NCBI RefSeq assembly: GCF_006345805.1
Contig: NW_021827591.1
Span: 1 to 27,574 of the forward strand
DNA: 27,574 nt
Origin: Octopus sinensis
Taxonomy: Eukaryota
Reading direction: 5' to 3'
Below the pieces are notes generated by a model. That model was not told where the DNA came from and did not search any database. It was given only the letters and a program-made list of their open reading frames with translations. The translations under genes and the position numbers were made by a program. Below are positions 1 to 10,948 of the stretch, piece after piece. The stretch's first letter is position 1; every line of letters begins with the position of its first letter.

Positions 1-172
1 TATGTGTGTGTGTTGATTCGTCATATCTGCGTATGAATATTTGCAAGTTCTGTTGAAATAAACAAACATAAATTATGGGACAGGAAGGTTACTCTTATGA
101 TGTGTGTGTGGTGTGTGTGTGTGTTGTGTGTGTGTGTGTGAGGAACAAATGCTGTGTTACTTGATGATGCCT

Positions 173-214
173 TCAAGTTGTTGGTGACTTCAACAACTCA
201 TAATACATGAAGTC
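173..214 (-). CDS. PLSCR: Scramblase last coding exon (DFMYYELLKSPTT*)
   Basis: Acceptor atatttgcag|GAC completes the IDFMFFE-like motif. TGA stop at 173-175. Confidence 0.93.
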   Translation of the reverse strand, partial: DFMYYELLKSPTT

Positions 215-802
215 CTGCAAATATAAAAAAGAAAAAATACAGCATTAATATAAGATATATGGGTGCATGTGTGTTTGTATGTGTTTGTTTGTGTATGTGT
301 GTATGTATGTGTGTATATATATGTATGTATGCATGCATGCATATATGTATGTATGTTTAGCTGTAGGCTGAACAATACAGACCAAAATATACAAATATAT
401 AAAATATACAAATATATAAAATATACACTAGGTCAAAAAAGATGAACAAGTGTAAATATATACATACATATATATGTATGTGTGTACGTATATGTGTGTA
501 ATGTGTCCATCTGTTCTAATTTAATTACATTCTATGTCTTTGTGCAGCTGAAGATTGCTCTACATTTCAAATTGATGTAATGATTGCATTGTTCAATTAA
601 ATGGAGTTGCATGAAACGATTGTACTGCATTACCTCTGGATATCCTTGTCGCTTATTTTGATATATATATATATATATGTGTGTGTGTATGTATACATAT
701 ATCTATGTGCGCGCGTGTGTGTTGTGTATCTATATATATATATATGTACATATATACATATGTAGTGATGGAAGCTAGACAGACTCTGAAGCTCTTACTT
801 AC

Positions 803-861
803 AATGAGAAAGACAGATCCTAGCAAAGTGGCTTTCATGTTCACATCAAGGTCCATTGGAA
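803..861 (-). CDS. PLSCR: Scramblase coding exon 9 (FPMDLDVNMKATLLGSVFLI)
   Basis: Acceptor ttctcttcag|TT and donor CATT|gtaagt. Matches FPLDLDVKMKA..GA.FLI. Confidence 0.96.
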
Positions 862-1269
862 CTGAAGAGAAAGAGGAAAGAAATAAGAAATATCAGAAGA
901 GGGATGGTGGTGGTGGTGGTGGTGGTGGTGGTGATGGTGGTGATGGTGGTGATGATGGTGGTGATGATGGTGGTGGTGATGGTGGTGGTGGTTGTTGTTC
1001 TGGTTTTGGTGGTGATTTAATAATGGATATCCATGGCTGATTGTTCATACAAATGCATTTGTCCATGTGAGTGTGTGTGTGTGTGTGCATGCATGTGTAT
1101 GTGTGCATCCTTGCATGTGTGAGTGCATGTGTGTGTGTGTGTATTTGTGTGTGTGTGTGTGTGTGTGTGTATGAAGGTATGTGGCTTAGTGGTTAGGGTG
1201 TTGAATATATATTCCACAGAATCTGGGAAACTGGCTTTATGAGTCTATAGCTCAGGAAGGGCTTTTAGG

Positions 1270-1420
1270 GGGTGCATGGCTCAGTAGTTAAGACATTGGA
1301 CTCATGATTGTAAGATTGTGGTTTCTGTTCCTGGACAGGGCATTGCATTGCGCTCTTGAGCAAAACACTTCATTTTATGCTGCACTCAGCTGGCAGAAGT
1401 GAGTAACCCTGTGATTCCAT
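1270..1420 (+). mobile_element. tRNA-derived SINE (family B), degenerate
   Basis: A-box-like tggctcagtagtt, B-box-like ggtttctgttcc and cttgagcaaaacacttcattt. Homologous to copies at 13458, 23373 and 27465. Confidence 0.7.
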
Positions 1421-1868
1421 ACTTGTAGACTAATAGATGTAAGTGTTCCCACTGATAAAGATATATCTGTAAAGGAATTTGACAAATTAAGTAAATATAA
1501 GGACCTGTAAATTGAAATACAAAAGATGTGTCATCTTAAAGCGAGAACTGTTCCTGTTATTGAGGGTACCCTAGGTATGATAAAAAAGGGATGTCAGAAA
1601 CATCTAGATAAGATCCCAGGAGAACCATGTCTCAGAGAAATCCAAAAGATTGTACTGACAATTACTGCCCACATCCTTAGACAAACCCTGTCCATTTAAA
1701 TGTCTGTGTTGTATTACATGAAGATATTTCCCTACTTCCCTCCCCCAAGTTTTCAGTCATATTGTAATATCTCTTATCCTTCACTCGCCCTAGGACCCTG
1801 GGTGTGTTTTGGCAAGTATCTGTAACAAAGATGCAGATTAAAAGTAAATAACAATAATAATGATAATC
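1421..1868 (+). mobile_element. 3' end of an RLE-type non-LTR retrotransposon, decayed (in-frame stop)
   Basis: 1421-1699 reads TCRLIDVSVPTDKDISVKEFDKLSKYKDL*IEIQKMCHLKARTVPVIEGTLG...EIQKIVLTITAHILRQTLSI*, a restriction-like endonuclease C-terminus. A UTR and a short taat tail follow. Confidence 0.85.
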
Positions 1869-1869
1869 T

Positions 1870-1975
1870 GACTGGGCCTGATGAAGCCTTCCGGCTTCAC
1901 AGACCCCAGTTAAACCGTCCAACCCATGCTAGCATGGAAAACGGACGCTAAATGATGATGATGAGGATGATGATA
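1870..1975 (+). mobile_element. Retroposon family D, 3' tail fragment
   Basis: aaaccgtccaacccatgctagcatggaaaacggacg followed by an (atg)n tail, as in the copy at 5075-5481. Confidence 0.75.
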
Positions 1976-2450
1976 ATAATAATAAGAATAATAAGAATAA
2001 GAATAATAATAATAATAGTAATAATAATAATAATAACATTGTTTTGTCTTTGTATGAAAGATAGGCTACAGCAAATATTCTGCTCAGTACCACAGATTTG
2101 CTTGTCAGTTGTTTGACCTTAACCAATTGACCATGTCCCTTAGTGGCTGTCGATATGTGCATCTCTGATCACAAGCAGAAGTAGTGGGGGCCATGTGTTG
2201 AAAGGAATTCTTAGAGGTTTGGATAATTCACCTTTGGAAACATGGGTGGTTCATTCAACATCCTTAAATAATCCTTATTCATGGACCTTTTGAGTGGGAT
2301 GAGCTACTCAACCCCCAAAAAATTCTAACTGGGCCCCACCTGCAAGGTTATGTGCTGTGTATCTTGATATGAGATCACCATGTCGTGCACATATGGTTGT
2401 GATGCATGTGCCTGGTGTACCCTTATTAGATGTCACTTTGATGGCATGCA
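1975..2450 (-). mobile_element. Probable retroposon 3' region ending in a (TTA)n tail
   Basis: A unique-looking segment ends, on the minus strand, in a long (tta)n run at ~1975-2037. Family not recognised. Confidence 0.35.
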
Positions 2451-2530
2451 CTGCTCTCTCACTCAATAATAATAAAAAAAATTGATAATAATAATAATAA
2501 TAACAAGGATAATAATGATAATAAACTTAC

Positions 2531-2633
2531 ATGAGATTCCAAAATTGTCAGCTTTTGTAAACATTTCCTTGACCAGTCCACTAAATTCCTTGCTGATTGT
2601 GGCCACTTTTCTGGACATATCGGGACTGTGGAC
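2531..2633 (-). CDS. PLSCR: Scramblase coding exon 8 (VHSPDMSRKVATISKEFSGLVKEMFTKADNFGIS)
   Basis: Acceptor cccaaacag|GTC and donor TCAT|gtaagt. Homologous to human GKISKHWTG...FTDADNFGIQ. Confidence 0.96.
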
Positions 2634-3015
2634 CTGTTTGGGATACACAATAATAACAACCATGTAAGTGATATCTGGGGTTATAGAGATGGCTGACAAT
2701 TTGTCTGTCTGTCTGTCTGTCCGTCTATCTGTCTGCATATATCACTGTATGTCTGAATGAATGTGAGACAGAGTATCTGTATGTGTGTGAGTATATATAT
2801 GAATGTGTATGGCTGTATTTGTGTAACCAGGCGGTGGTGGTGGTGGTGGTGATGGTGGTGGTGGGTGGTGTTGGCGACGATGGTGGCGGCGGCAGCGGTG
2901 GTGGTGTGTATGTTTGTGTATGTGAGGGTTTGTGTGTGCATGTGTGTGTATGTGCATGTGTGTGTATGTGCATGTGTGTGTGGGGGTGTAGTGTGAATGT
3001 CATATGTATGTCAGC

Positions 3016-3053
<38 letters not shown>

Positions 3054-3161
3054 AACCAACTTCAACTGTTCATTGGTAAAAATAGCCATGACCACCACCA
3101 CTAAATACTCCTACAGTTCATTCTCCAATTTTCAACAACAAAGCAACAACATAGTACTTAC

Positions 3162-3282
3162 ATAAAAGTTCTGGTCCCCTATACAGCAGGGGCCAGCCCA
3201 CATACAATACGGGCCTTGGATTTTAAAAACGACTTCATCATTCTCATTCATGACATCGAATAGGGGTCTAACGAAGCTGCAT
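3162..3282 (-). CDS. PLSCR: Scramblase coding exon 7 (CSFVRPLFDVMNENDEVVFKIQGPYCMWAGPCCIGDQNFY)
   Basis: Acceptor ctcaaacag|ATG and donor TTAT|gtaagt. Matches P.F...N...E.V.KI.GP...C..D..F. Confidence 0.96.
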
Positions 3283-3612
3283 CTGTTTGAGGAGGAAACA
3301 AAACAAGAGGTAGGGGTTAAGATGAGCAAAAGAAAGGGACTCCATGTGTGGTCACTCGGTCTGCTAGACATAGTAACCAAATCTATCTCAAATTATATGC
3401 TACTGTCATAAGAAAGGACACCTCAGAAAATGTTGTTCTAGATAACATGTGGTTGAATAGCAGGTCAAGTTATATTGGGAATATATATACTCTGTGTGTG
3501 TGTGTGACCCATTATCGTGAAGCTAGAGAAATCAGATGACCGTATATAACATACATATATATATATATATATAATATATATATATGGAAATGGATGTGTA
3601 GCATTCAATTAA

Positions 3613-3651
<39 letters not shown>

Positions 3652-3675
3652 CACACACACACACATATATATATA

Positions 3676-4130
3676 TCATCATCATCGTTTAACGTCCGTT
3701 TTCCATGCTAGCATGGGCTGGACGGTTCGACCAGGGGGTCTGGGAAGCCAGGAGGCTGCATCAGGTTCCAGTCTGATCTGGCAGTGTTTCTACAGCTCGA
3801 TGCCCTTCCTAATGCCAGCCACTCTGAGAGTGTAGTGGGTGATTTTTATGTGTCACTAACTTGGGACCAGTCAGGTAGCACTGGCATTGGCCACATTCAG
3901 ATGGTGCATTTTTATGTCACCAACATCGGAGCCACTCAAGGGGCAGTGGCATCAACCACATTTGGATGATGCTTTTTACATGCCACCAGCACAGGAGTCA
4001 GTCAGGAGGCAATGGCATAGACCACGGTTGGATGGTGCTTTTTACGTGCCACCTGCACAGGAGCCCATCAGGGGCACTGGCTTCGACCTATGCTTGAAAG
4101 ATGCTTAATACATGCCATCAGCACTGAATT
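3676..4130 (-). mobile_element. Retroposon family D copy with internal ~66-bp tandem repeats
   Basis: Reverse complement of the aggaagggcatc...ggacgttaaacgatgatg tail. About 4 degenerate units contain gatggtgctttttacgtgccacc. Confidence 0.8.
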
Positions 4131-4285
4131 CTCTTCTCTAGAAAGATCAATTTAATCAAGGCTGAGCTGGGACTAAACAATGGCAGCACCTCCAAGCATT
4201 CTGTTCCCCCTACTCAAAAAAATGTACCCAGCTAACATCAGTAAAAACCCAACCTATTCACATGGTGCTTTATTTAGGGACTTAC

Positions 4286-4416
4286 CGTTGTTTAACTTTA
4301 CCAATAACCTTGCCAACTGGAGCTTCTACGACGACCTCCAAAGAACAGGGGTTACAACAGGCAAACCAACAGCATCCGGCCCCAATTTTCAGCTCTCGGG
4401 TCACTTTCATTACTTC
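4286..4416 (-). CDS. PLSCR: Scramblase coding exon 6 (EVMKVTRELKIGAGCCWFACCNPCSLEVVVEAPVGKVIGKVKQ)
   Basis: Acceptor cacaacag|GAA and donor AACG|gtaagt. Contains the Cys cluster equivalent to the PLSCR1 palmitoylation motif and the AP.G..IG.V.Q motif. Confidence 0.96.
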
Positions 4417-5074
4417 CTGTTGTGTGGGGAGAAAGAGAAGAAACTCATAAGAGGGGTACCAGGCTATACCGCATAAAACAGAAAAGGGTGGCGGTGGTGG
4501 CAGCGGCGGCGGCAGTAGTGAAGGTGGTGGCGGCGGCAGTAGTGAAGGTGGTGGCGGTGGTGGTGGTGATGTTGGTGGTGGTGGTGATGATGGTGGTGGT
4601 GGTGGTGGTGGCAGTGGTGGTGGAGGTGGAGGCAGTGGTGATGATGGTGATATATATATATATAATATATATATATATATATAGGGGAGCAACCAGTGGG
4701 GAAGGTTGGGGTAAGGAGGAACGATGGCAGGAAGGGGTTGGTGAAGGTTCCTAAGAAATAAAAACGTAGGATATTGAAATAAAAACGTAGGATATTACGA
4801 GGCGGGAGGGTACTAAAGGGGATGGTCGGAATGAGGCAGTGTCAGGAGGAAGCGTAAGATCGGTGGGCAGTTGATGAGCTATGGCGCTAGCAGCTTCTCT
4901 TTTCACAGTGAAAGCATATGAGGAGAAGGGGTAGTGGGGGGAGGGGGAGGGAGTAGGGCGTACCCGGTGTAGATGGTGAGAACAGGGTATACTGGTATTG
5001 GTGTGGACCCCCCCCTCCCCAACTCAACTCTAGAATATCTGTATTTCTTTCCTCTACCTAATTACGTTACTCAG

Positions 5075-5481
5075 TGACGATAAATGCTGTGACTACAAAG
5101 ACCCGGGCTGCTTTCTGCAGCAATTCCACATACCCCCTACCCATTCTAAGTACCCCGGATCCCCAAAGTACCCTGGATCCCCAAAGTACCCCGATCCCCA
5201 AAGTACCCCGGACCTCGTTGCCCCCGTGCCGCTGACACGTTAAAATGCTTGAACCGATCGTGACGATGCCGGACCCTCCGGCCCCTGTGCAGGTGGCACG
5301 TAAAAAGCACCCAATCCACTCACGGAGTGGTGGCGTTAGGAAGGGCATCCAGCCGTAGAAACTCTGCCAGATTCAGACTGGAGCCTGGTGCGGCCCCTGG
5401 CTTCCCAGACCCGGTCAAACCGTCCAACCCGTGCTAGCGCGGAAAGCGGACGTTAAACGATGATGATGATGATGATGATGA
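5075..5481 (+). mobile_element. Retroposon family D copy with an internal 19-bp repeat
   Basis: gtggcacgtaaaaagcacc...ggcgttaggaagggcatccagc...ggacgttaaacg(atg)n, with ggatccccaaagtaccc x3 at ~5157-5210. Confidence 0.8.
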
Positions 5482-5648
5482 TATATATATATACATACAG
5501 CAATAATTGCTACTGTTACTTCTACTATCACTAATTCTATTACAACTACTACTTTTACTACAATTACTACTTTGACTATTGTTACTACTCATACTACATC
5601 TACTACTACTACTACAACAAGATAGATAGAAGAGGTTGTAGTACTCAC

Positions 5649-5725
5649 CTGTCCCATATTGTCAATCATGTGCATGACGAAACCTCTCATACTGCCCAGA
5701 CATTGTCTCATACATAACTCTGACT
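5649..5725 (-). CDS. PLSCR: Scramblase coding exon 5 (SELCMRQCLGSMRGFVMHMIDNMGQ)
   Basis: Acceptor ttctctcctcag|AG and donor ACAG|gtgagt. Matches the family pattern C.R.C.G..R.F...I.DN.GQ. Confidence 0.95.
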
Positions 5726-5729
5726 CTGA

Positions 5730-6038
5730 GGAGAGAAAGAGAGAGAGAGAGATAAATAGATTGAGAGAGAGGGAGAGAAATAGATTGAGAGAGAGAGAGA
5801 GAGATAAATAGTTTGAGAGAGAGAGAGAGAGAGAAATAGATTGAGAGAGAGAGAGAGAGAGATAAATAGATTGAGAGAGAGAGAGAGATAAATAGATTGA
5901 GAGAGAGAGAGGGAAAACAAAGTTTGTGGGAGGAAGGAGGGGTAAAGAGGCACATAGAGGGGGAATAGAGAGTACAGAGAATAACACAAGGTGAAAGAAA
6001 GTGAGAGAAAGAGAGATGAAACACATAGATAGATAGAT

Positions 6039-6069
<31 letters not shown>

Positions 6070-6137
6070 AAGAGAGAGAGATAGTGAAAGAGAGATAGAT
6101 AGATAGACAGATAGATAGATAGATAGATAGAGAAGAG

Positions 6138-6180
<43 letters not shown>

Positions 6181-6260
6181 GAAAGAGAGATAGATAGATA
6201 GATAGATAGATAGAGAAAGAGAGAGAGAGAGTGAAAGATGAGAGAAAGGGAGAGGAAGCA
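5730..6260. repeat. Compound (GA)n/(GATA)n microsatellite
   Basis: Directly visible. It forms a long pyrimidine tract upstream of the exon 5 acceptor on the transcript strand. Confidence 0.95.
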
Positions 6261-6532
6261 CTCAGAGAGAAAGATCAGAGGGAGGTTGGAGAGTGCGTAG
6301 AGGAATTAGGGAGATAACAGAGAGAAGATAGTGTTAAAGGGAGAGAAAAGGGGCAATGAAGGCCAGAGAGGTAAAGTTTTATGTAAATTTGAAATAAAAA
6401 TTTGGTAAGTTTAGTATGACTCTTTACTATACAGAACAATAATGAAGAAAGGTGTGAAAAGGGTGGAGAAGGTATAGAGAAGGGGTATGAGAGAGTTGGA
6501 ATAGAGAAAAAGTACCAAATACTCCATCTTAC

Positions 6533-6610
6533 CTTCTGCTGCTATGTAAACCTGCTGACCCAAAGAATTAAGGACAGTGTATTTGTTTGAAGATTCAAAT
6601 GAGGTAAAAG
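6533..6610 (-). CDS. PLSCR: Scramblase coding exon 4 (FTSFESSNKYTVLNSLGQQVYIAAE)
   Basis: Acceptor atttctccag|CT and donor GAAG|gtaaga. Matches the family motif FETxNKYxxxNSLGQxVYxAxE. Confidence 0.96.
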
Positions 6611-6778
6611 CTGGAGAAATAAAGTGAAGAAAGAAAAAAGGAAATTATTTAAGAATGGGATAAATAGAGAGACTGTTGAATGATTTTTCAACCTCGCCAT
6701 ATCTACAAAACAGTTTATATCTATGGAAAAAATTATATCTCTCAAAGAACCAAGTAACTCCAGAGTGTCCAATGTGAA

Positions 6779-7707
6779 AAACATGAAAAACAAAGACATA
6801 TTTAACAGACCTTCATCAGCTGTTGATCAGATATCAACATAATTTCAACACTTTGAGACAGGCTCACTACCTCATTAAACCTTAGCTATTTACAAAACAG
6901 TATGGAGAAAGTTATATTATATCTCTCAAGGGTGTCCAGTTAATTCATTGACGGCAATTTGTTGTCATTTAATTTGTCCCCAGTCAATTCGTCATTGGTT
7001 AATTTGTCCCCAGGTCAATTCATCGTCAGTCAATTCGTCAAGATCATAGGCAAAATGGAAGAACAAATGCCTGAAGTAACTTGAGAGTGTCTACAGGATG
7101 GCAACAATAAACAGAGATATTCATGAAAAACAGGAAAAACAAAAACATGTTTAACAGACCTTCATCAGCTGTTGATCAGATATCAACATAATTTCAACAC
7201 CTTGAGACAGGCTCACTACCTCATTAAACTTTAGCTATTTACAAAACAGTATGGAGAAAGTTATATTATATCTCCCAAGGGTGTCCAGTTAATTCATTGA
7301 CGGCAATTTGTTGTCATTTAATTTGTCCCCAGTCAATTCGTCATTGGTTAATTTGTCCCCAGGTCAATTCATCGTCAGTCAATTCGTCGTCAGCCAATTT
7401 ATCGTCAGTCAATTCGTCGTCAGTCAATTCGTCGTCAGTCAATTCATTGTCAGTCAATTCGTTGTCAGTCAATTCATCATCAGTCATTTCGTTGTCAGTC
7501 AATTCATCATCAGTCAATTCGTCATCAGTCAATTCGTCATCAGTCAATTCGTTGTCAGTCAATTCATCATCAGTCAATTCGTCATCAGTCAATTCGTTGT
7601 CAGTCAATTCATCATCAGTCAATTCGTCATCAGTCAATTTGTCATCAGTCAATTCATCATCAGTCAATTCGTCGAGATCATAGGCAAAATGGAAGAACAA
7701 ATACCTG
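6779..7707. repeat. Local tandem duplication (~6779-7075 and ~7131-7707)
   Basis: Two near-identical copies of aacagaccttcatcagctg...gatcataggcaaaatggaagaacaaat. Confidence 0.93.
7363..7673. repeat. 15-bp minisatellite (gtcaattcgtcatca), ~20.7 units
   Basis: Directly visible. It accounts for the DDELT, SSSVN and QFVIS repeat ORFs. Confidence 0.97.
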
Positions 7708-7890
7708 AATTTTTAAAAAAACGCTTATTTTAAGGTTTGCTGTATTACATGTTTATTTTGTCTTATAACTTAAGATTGTGAGCAATTGCTTTTAGAAAAA
7801 TCATTTTTTGGCTTGGATCATATTTTTCCATGAAACAAGTAAAAGAGTAAAAGAGAGAGTAAAACATTTCAGCAATCTTTTTTATATATA

Positions 7891-8312
7891 GGCGCAGGAG
7901 TGGCTGTGTGGTAAGTAGCTTGCTAACCAGCCACATGGTTTCGGGTTCAGTCTCACTGCGTGGCATCTTGGGCAAGTGTCTTCTGCTATAGCCCCGGGCC
8001 GACCAATGCCCTGTGAGTGGATTTGGTAGACGGAAACTGAAAGAAGCCTGTCGTGTATATGTATATATATATATATATATATATGTGTGTATGTGTGTGT
8101 GTTTGTGTGTCTGTGTTTGTCCCCCTAGCATTGCTTGACAACCAATGCTGGTGTGTTTACGTCCCCGTCACTTAGCGGTTCGGCAAAATAGACTTATAGA
8201 ATAAGTACTGGGCTTACAAAGAATAAGTCCCGGGGTCGATTTGCTCGACTAAAGGCGGTGCTCCAGCATGGCCACAGTCAAATGACTGAAACAAGTAAAA
8301 GAGTAAAAGAGA
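7891..8312 (+). mobile_element. Full-length tRNA-derived SINE (family A) with an internal (TA)/(TG) microsatellite
   Basis: Head ggcgcaggagtggctgtgtggtaag...gggttcagtc, CORE-like cttgggcaagtg, tail ggcggtgctccagcatggcc...(gtaaaaga)n. At least 6 copies in the window. Confidence 0.92.
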
Positions 8313-8328
8313 GTAATTCCTAACAATA

Positions 8329-8716
8329 TCTCTCTACATATAAAGCTGAAGATGTCTGTGTATGGCAGGTTTGGTAGCCTTCAACTAACACTATCTCCTC
8401 CAAGACCCTGCAGCGCAAGTTGACCAAAATTGAGAGTATCATAGAAGAAGGCTTGCTCTTCCGTAGAACAAAAAATTCAAATCGGACCATGTTAACACCA
8501 AAAATTATTTACATCAAAAAGGTGCTTTTTTTCTATGAAAATCCCTATTTTTTACGATTTTTTGACTGCTGTGTCGTCATTTTTCGGTGTATTTCAACCA
8601 GAAAAATGTTCACTTAAAGAGAATAAAAAGCTACATAATGCAAAATTTTTATTTTTCAAAAATTCCAATTCTAAAGGGTGGAAACAAACCTGAGCAACGC
8701 CGGGCAATACTGCTAG
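8329..8716 (+). mobile_element. Non-autonomous Helitron-like element
   Basis: 5' A|TCTCTCTACATATAAAG and 3' cctgagcaacgccgggc...CTAG|T, i.e. Helitron-type termini with a subterminal GC hairpin. Confidence 0.7.
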
Positions 8717-8962
8717 TTTGATTATAAAAATATAGGATTTTATTTAAACATCAAATGGTAGAGAAAACAGAAATCAAAGGATTCCATAAATCAAAAACCA
8801 TTGAGGAACTTTGAGTTAGACCAGCAACGATCAAACAACCAAATAGTCCGCTTAACATAAGTTAAATCTCCAAAAAGTTGAACTAACAAACACTTAGACC
8901 AAGGGTTTCGCAGTAAGGTACATTCAATATCAGTTAGACCACTAGCATTAGCCAGGACTTAC

Positions 8963-9085
8963 TCTCCAAAGCATCCACTTGTTGTTGTATGAGAATTTGA
9001 TCCACCATGGTCAAGTATTCCAGGCCAGGAGGGCAGTTGGACGTGTTTTCTGGACGGGCCATCCATTGTGGCATATTTTGACCAC
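8963..9085 (-). CDS. PLSCR: Scramblase coding exon 3 ([40 protein letters not shown])
   Basis: Acceptor atattttgcag|GT and donor GAGA|gtaagt. WM...[10 protein letters not shown] is the hallmark start of the scramblase domain. Confidence 0.96.
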
Positions 9086-9182
9086 CTGCAAAATATAGAT
9101 AGGATGATACTGTGACTGAAGGCTGGGGTACCTAAAGAGATAGACAGACAGACAGGCAGGCAGGCAGGCAATAGATAGATAA

Positions 9183-9213
<31 letters not shown>

Positions 9214-9940
9214 GATAGACAGATAGATAGATAGAGATAGATAGATAGATAGATATAGATAGATAGAGATATGTTTCTTTATTGGCCACATAGGGCTGCA
9301 CACAGATGGGACAAGTTACAAGGTAGAGCTTTTCTTTTGGGGGAGAAGAAAAAAAAAAGATGGCGTAGGTTTTCGATCAAAAGGGATCGTAAAAGGGAAA
9401 AAAGAACAAAAAAAAGGAAAAGAAAAAAGAAAAAAGGGAAAAAAAGTAAATGAAAAATGAAAAAAGAAGAAAAAAGAGGAAAAAAGGGGGAGAGGAAAAA
9501 AACGATCAATAGGGATCGTGTATCACAGTGTCATGATGTATGGTGTAAAGGGGAAAGCAAGTAAGGTTTATCCGTGGAAAGAAAAGCCTACGAAAAAGAC
9601 CACGGTTCCCTTGGTCAATATTGTTATATGTTACCACATTTAGATAGATAGATAGATAGATAGACAGACAGATAGACATACAGACAGACAGAAAGACAAA
9701 CAGACAGACAGGTAGATAGATAGATAGTTAGATAGATAGATAGATAGAGAGATAGGCAGATAGATAGACAGATAGATAGATAGATGATAGATAGATAGAT
9801 AGATGTACAGATAAATATATAAATTTATATAAATATGGATAAGATCGTTAATTTAAATATCGAACTTATCAAGTGGCCAGCATGGGAATAAAAACCTTCA
9901 AAGGTAATAATTATTATTAAAATTATAATTTAGGGTATCT

Positions 9941-10266
9941 TGGAAATAGCAGCCAAAACTTGACTCTAAAACCACATTAAATGTTCACCACCACGCTGGA
10001 AATAGCAGCCAAAACTTGACTCTAAAACCACATTAAATGTTCACCACCACGCTGGAAATAGCAGCCAAAACTTGACTCTAAAACCACATTAAATGTTCAC
10101 CACCACGCTGGAAATAGCAGCCAAAACGTGACTCTAAACCACATTAAATGTTCACCACCACGCTGGAAATAGCAGCCAAAACTTGACTCTAAAACCACAT
10201 TAAATGTTCACCACCACGCTGGAAATAGCAGCCAAAACTTGACTCTAAAACCACATTAAATGTTCA
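9941..10266. repeat. 56-bp minisatellite, ~5.8 near-identical copies
   Basis: Unit tggaaatagcagccaaaacttgactctaaaaccacattaaatgttcaccaccacgc starts at 9941, 9997, 10053, 10109, 10164 and 10220. Confidence 0.98.
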
Positions 10267-10316
10267 TATGAACATTGTAGTGTAGTGGTGGCTTTTTACA
10301 TGCCAAACACACACGA

Positions 10317-10347
<31 letters not shown>

Positions 10348-10544
10348 CATGCATAAACATATATTATGTCTACATAATTAGGTAGGCATTCATGTAACTC
10401 TATTAATATCTGTCTAAAATCTATCCACTTTTTTGATTCTCTTGAAAAAATCATTTTGTTTGTTAGTATTTGTCCCATAAAGTCAAACTTTAGTGTAAAA
10501 AGAAAGAATCAATGCAATTCTTATAAATGTTTGAGATGTACATT

Positions 10545-10935
10545 TTTATATCAACCATCGTACAAACAATAACTCTGAGCACCTTTTCAAACTCCACCCA
10601 TCTAACACCGTGGACATATTTACAAAGTAAGAAAAAACAGCACAGCTCCATGACTTCAGGAAACATTTTTTCACGCTGAGAGTTGCTGAAGCATGGAACA
10701 AACTGCCGGCATCAGCTGTTAGTTGTCGGAGCACTGCATCCTTCAAAACTTCCATGCTTCCTGAGATTCTCCAACACTACACTTGATTTTCTCCCTTCCA
10801 TACACACACAAGCATGTATCTGACTCATACATTGTTCGCTTTCCAGACATTTCTACATTACTGCATGTACTTTATATGCACTTTCTGACAAGTTGTGGTG
10901 CACCTGAGCACTGTATACAAAAATTTCATTATTAT
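10545..10935 (+). mobile_element. CR1-type LINE 3' end, frameshifted
   Basis: Reads ...GHIYKV.../DFRKHFFTLRVAEAWNKLPASAVSCRSTASFK..., the CR1 ORF2 C-terminal RKHFF.RV...WN.LP motif. Ends in an attatt tail. Confidence 0.85.
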
Positions 10936-10948
10936 TAAATGTTTGATA

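Noticed and set aside
681-1040. 119-aa + strand ORF (MEARQTLKLL...poly-G)
   Set aside because: It is the antisense of scramblase exon 9 plus a (GGT)n microsatellite.
1878-1905. ctgatgaagcc-ttcc-ggcttc hairpin as a hammerhead
   Set aside because: No GAAA follows stem II, and the sequence is a diverged part of the family D tail.
4180-4476. 98-aa + strand ORF MAAPPSIL...
   Set aside because: Antisense to exon 6, with no recognisable domain.
7297-7733. DDELT, SSSVN and QFVIS repeat ORFs as a protein gene
   Set aside because: They follow from a stop-free 15-bp unit inside an intronic duplication. The paralogous copy lacks the array and there is no splice support.
7891-7970. SINE heads as tRNA genes
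   Set aside because: They have A/B-box remnants only, no full cloverleaf, and continue into SINE bodies.
9941-10266. CRISPR-like or regularly spaced array
   Set aside because: The units are contiguous with no unique spacers, the context is eukaryotic and there are no cas genes.
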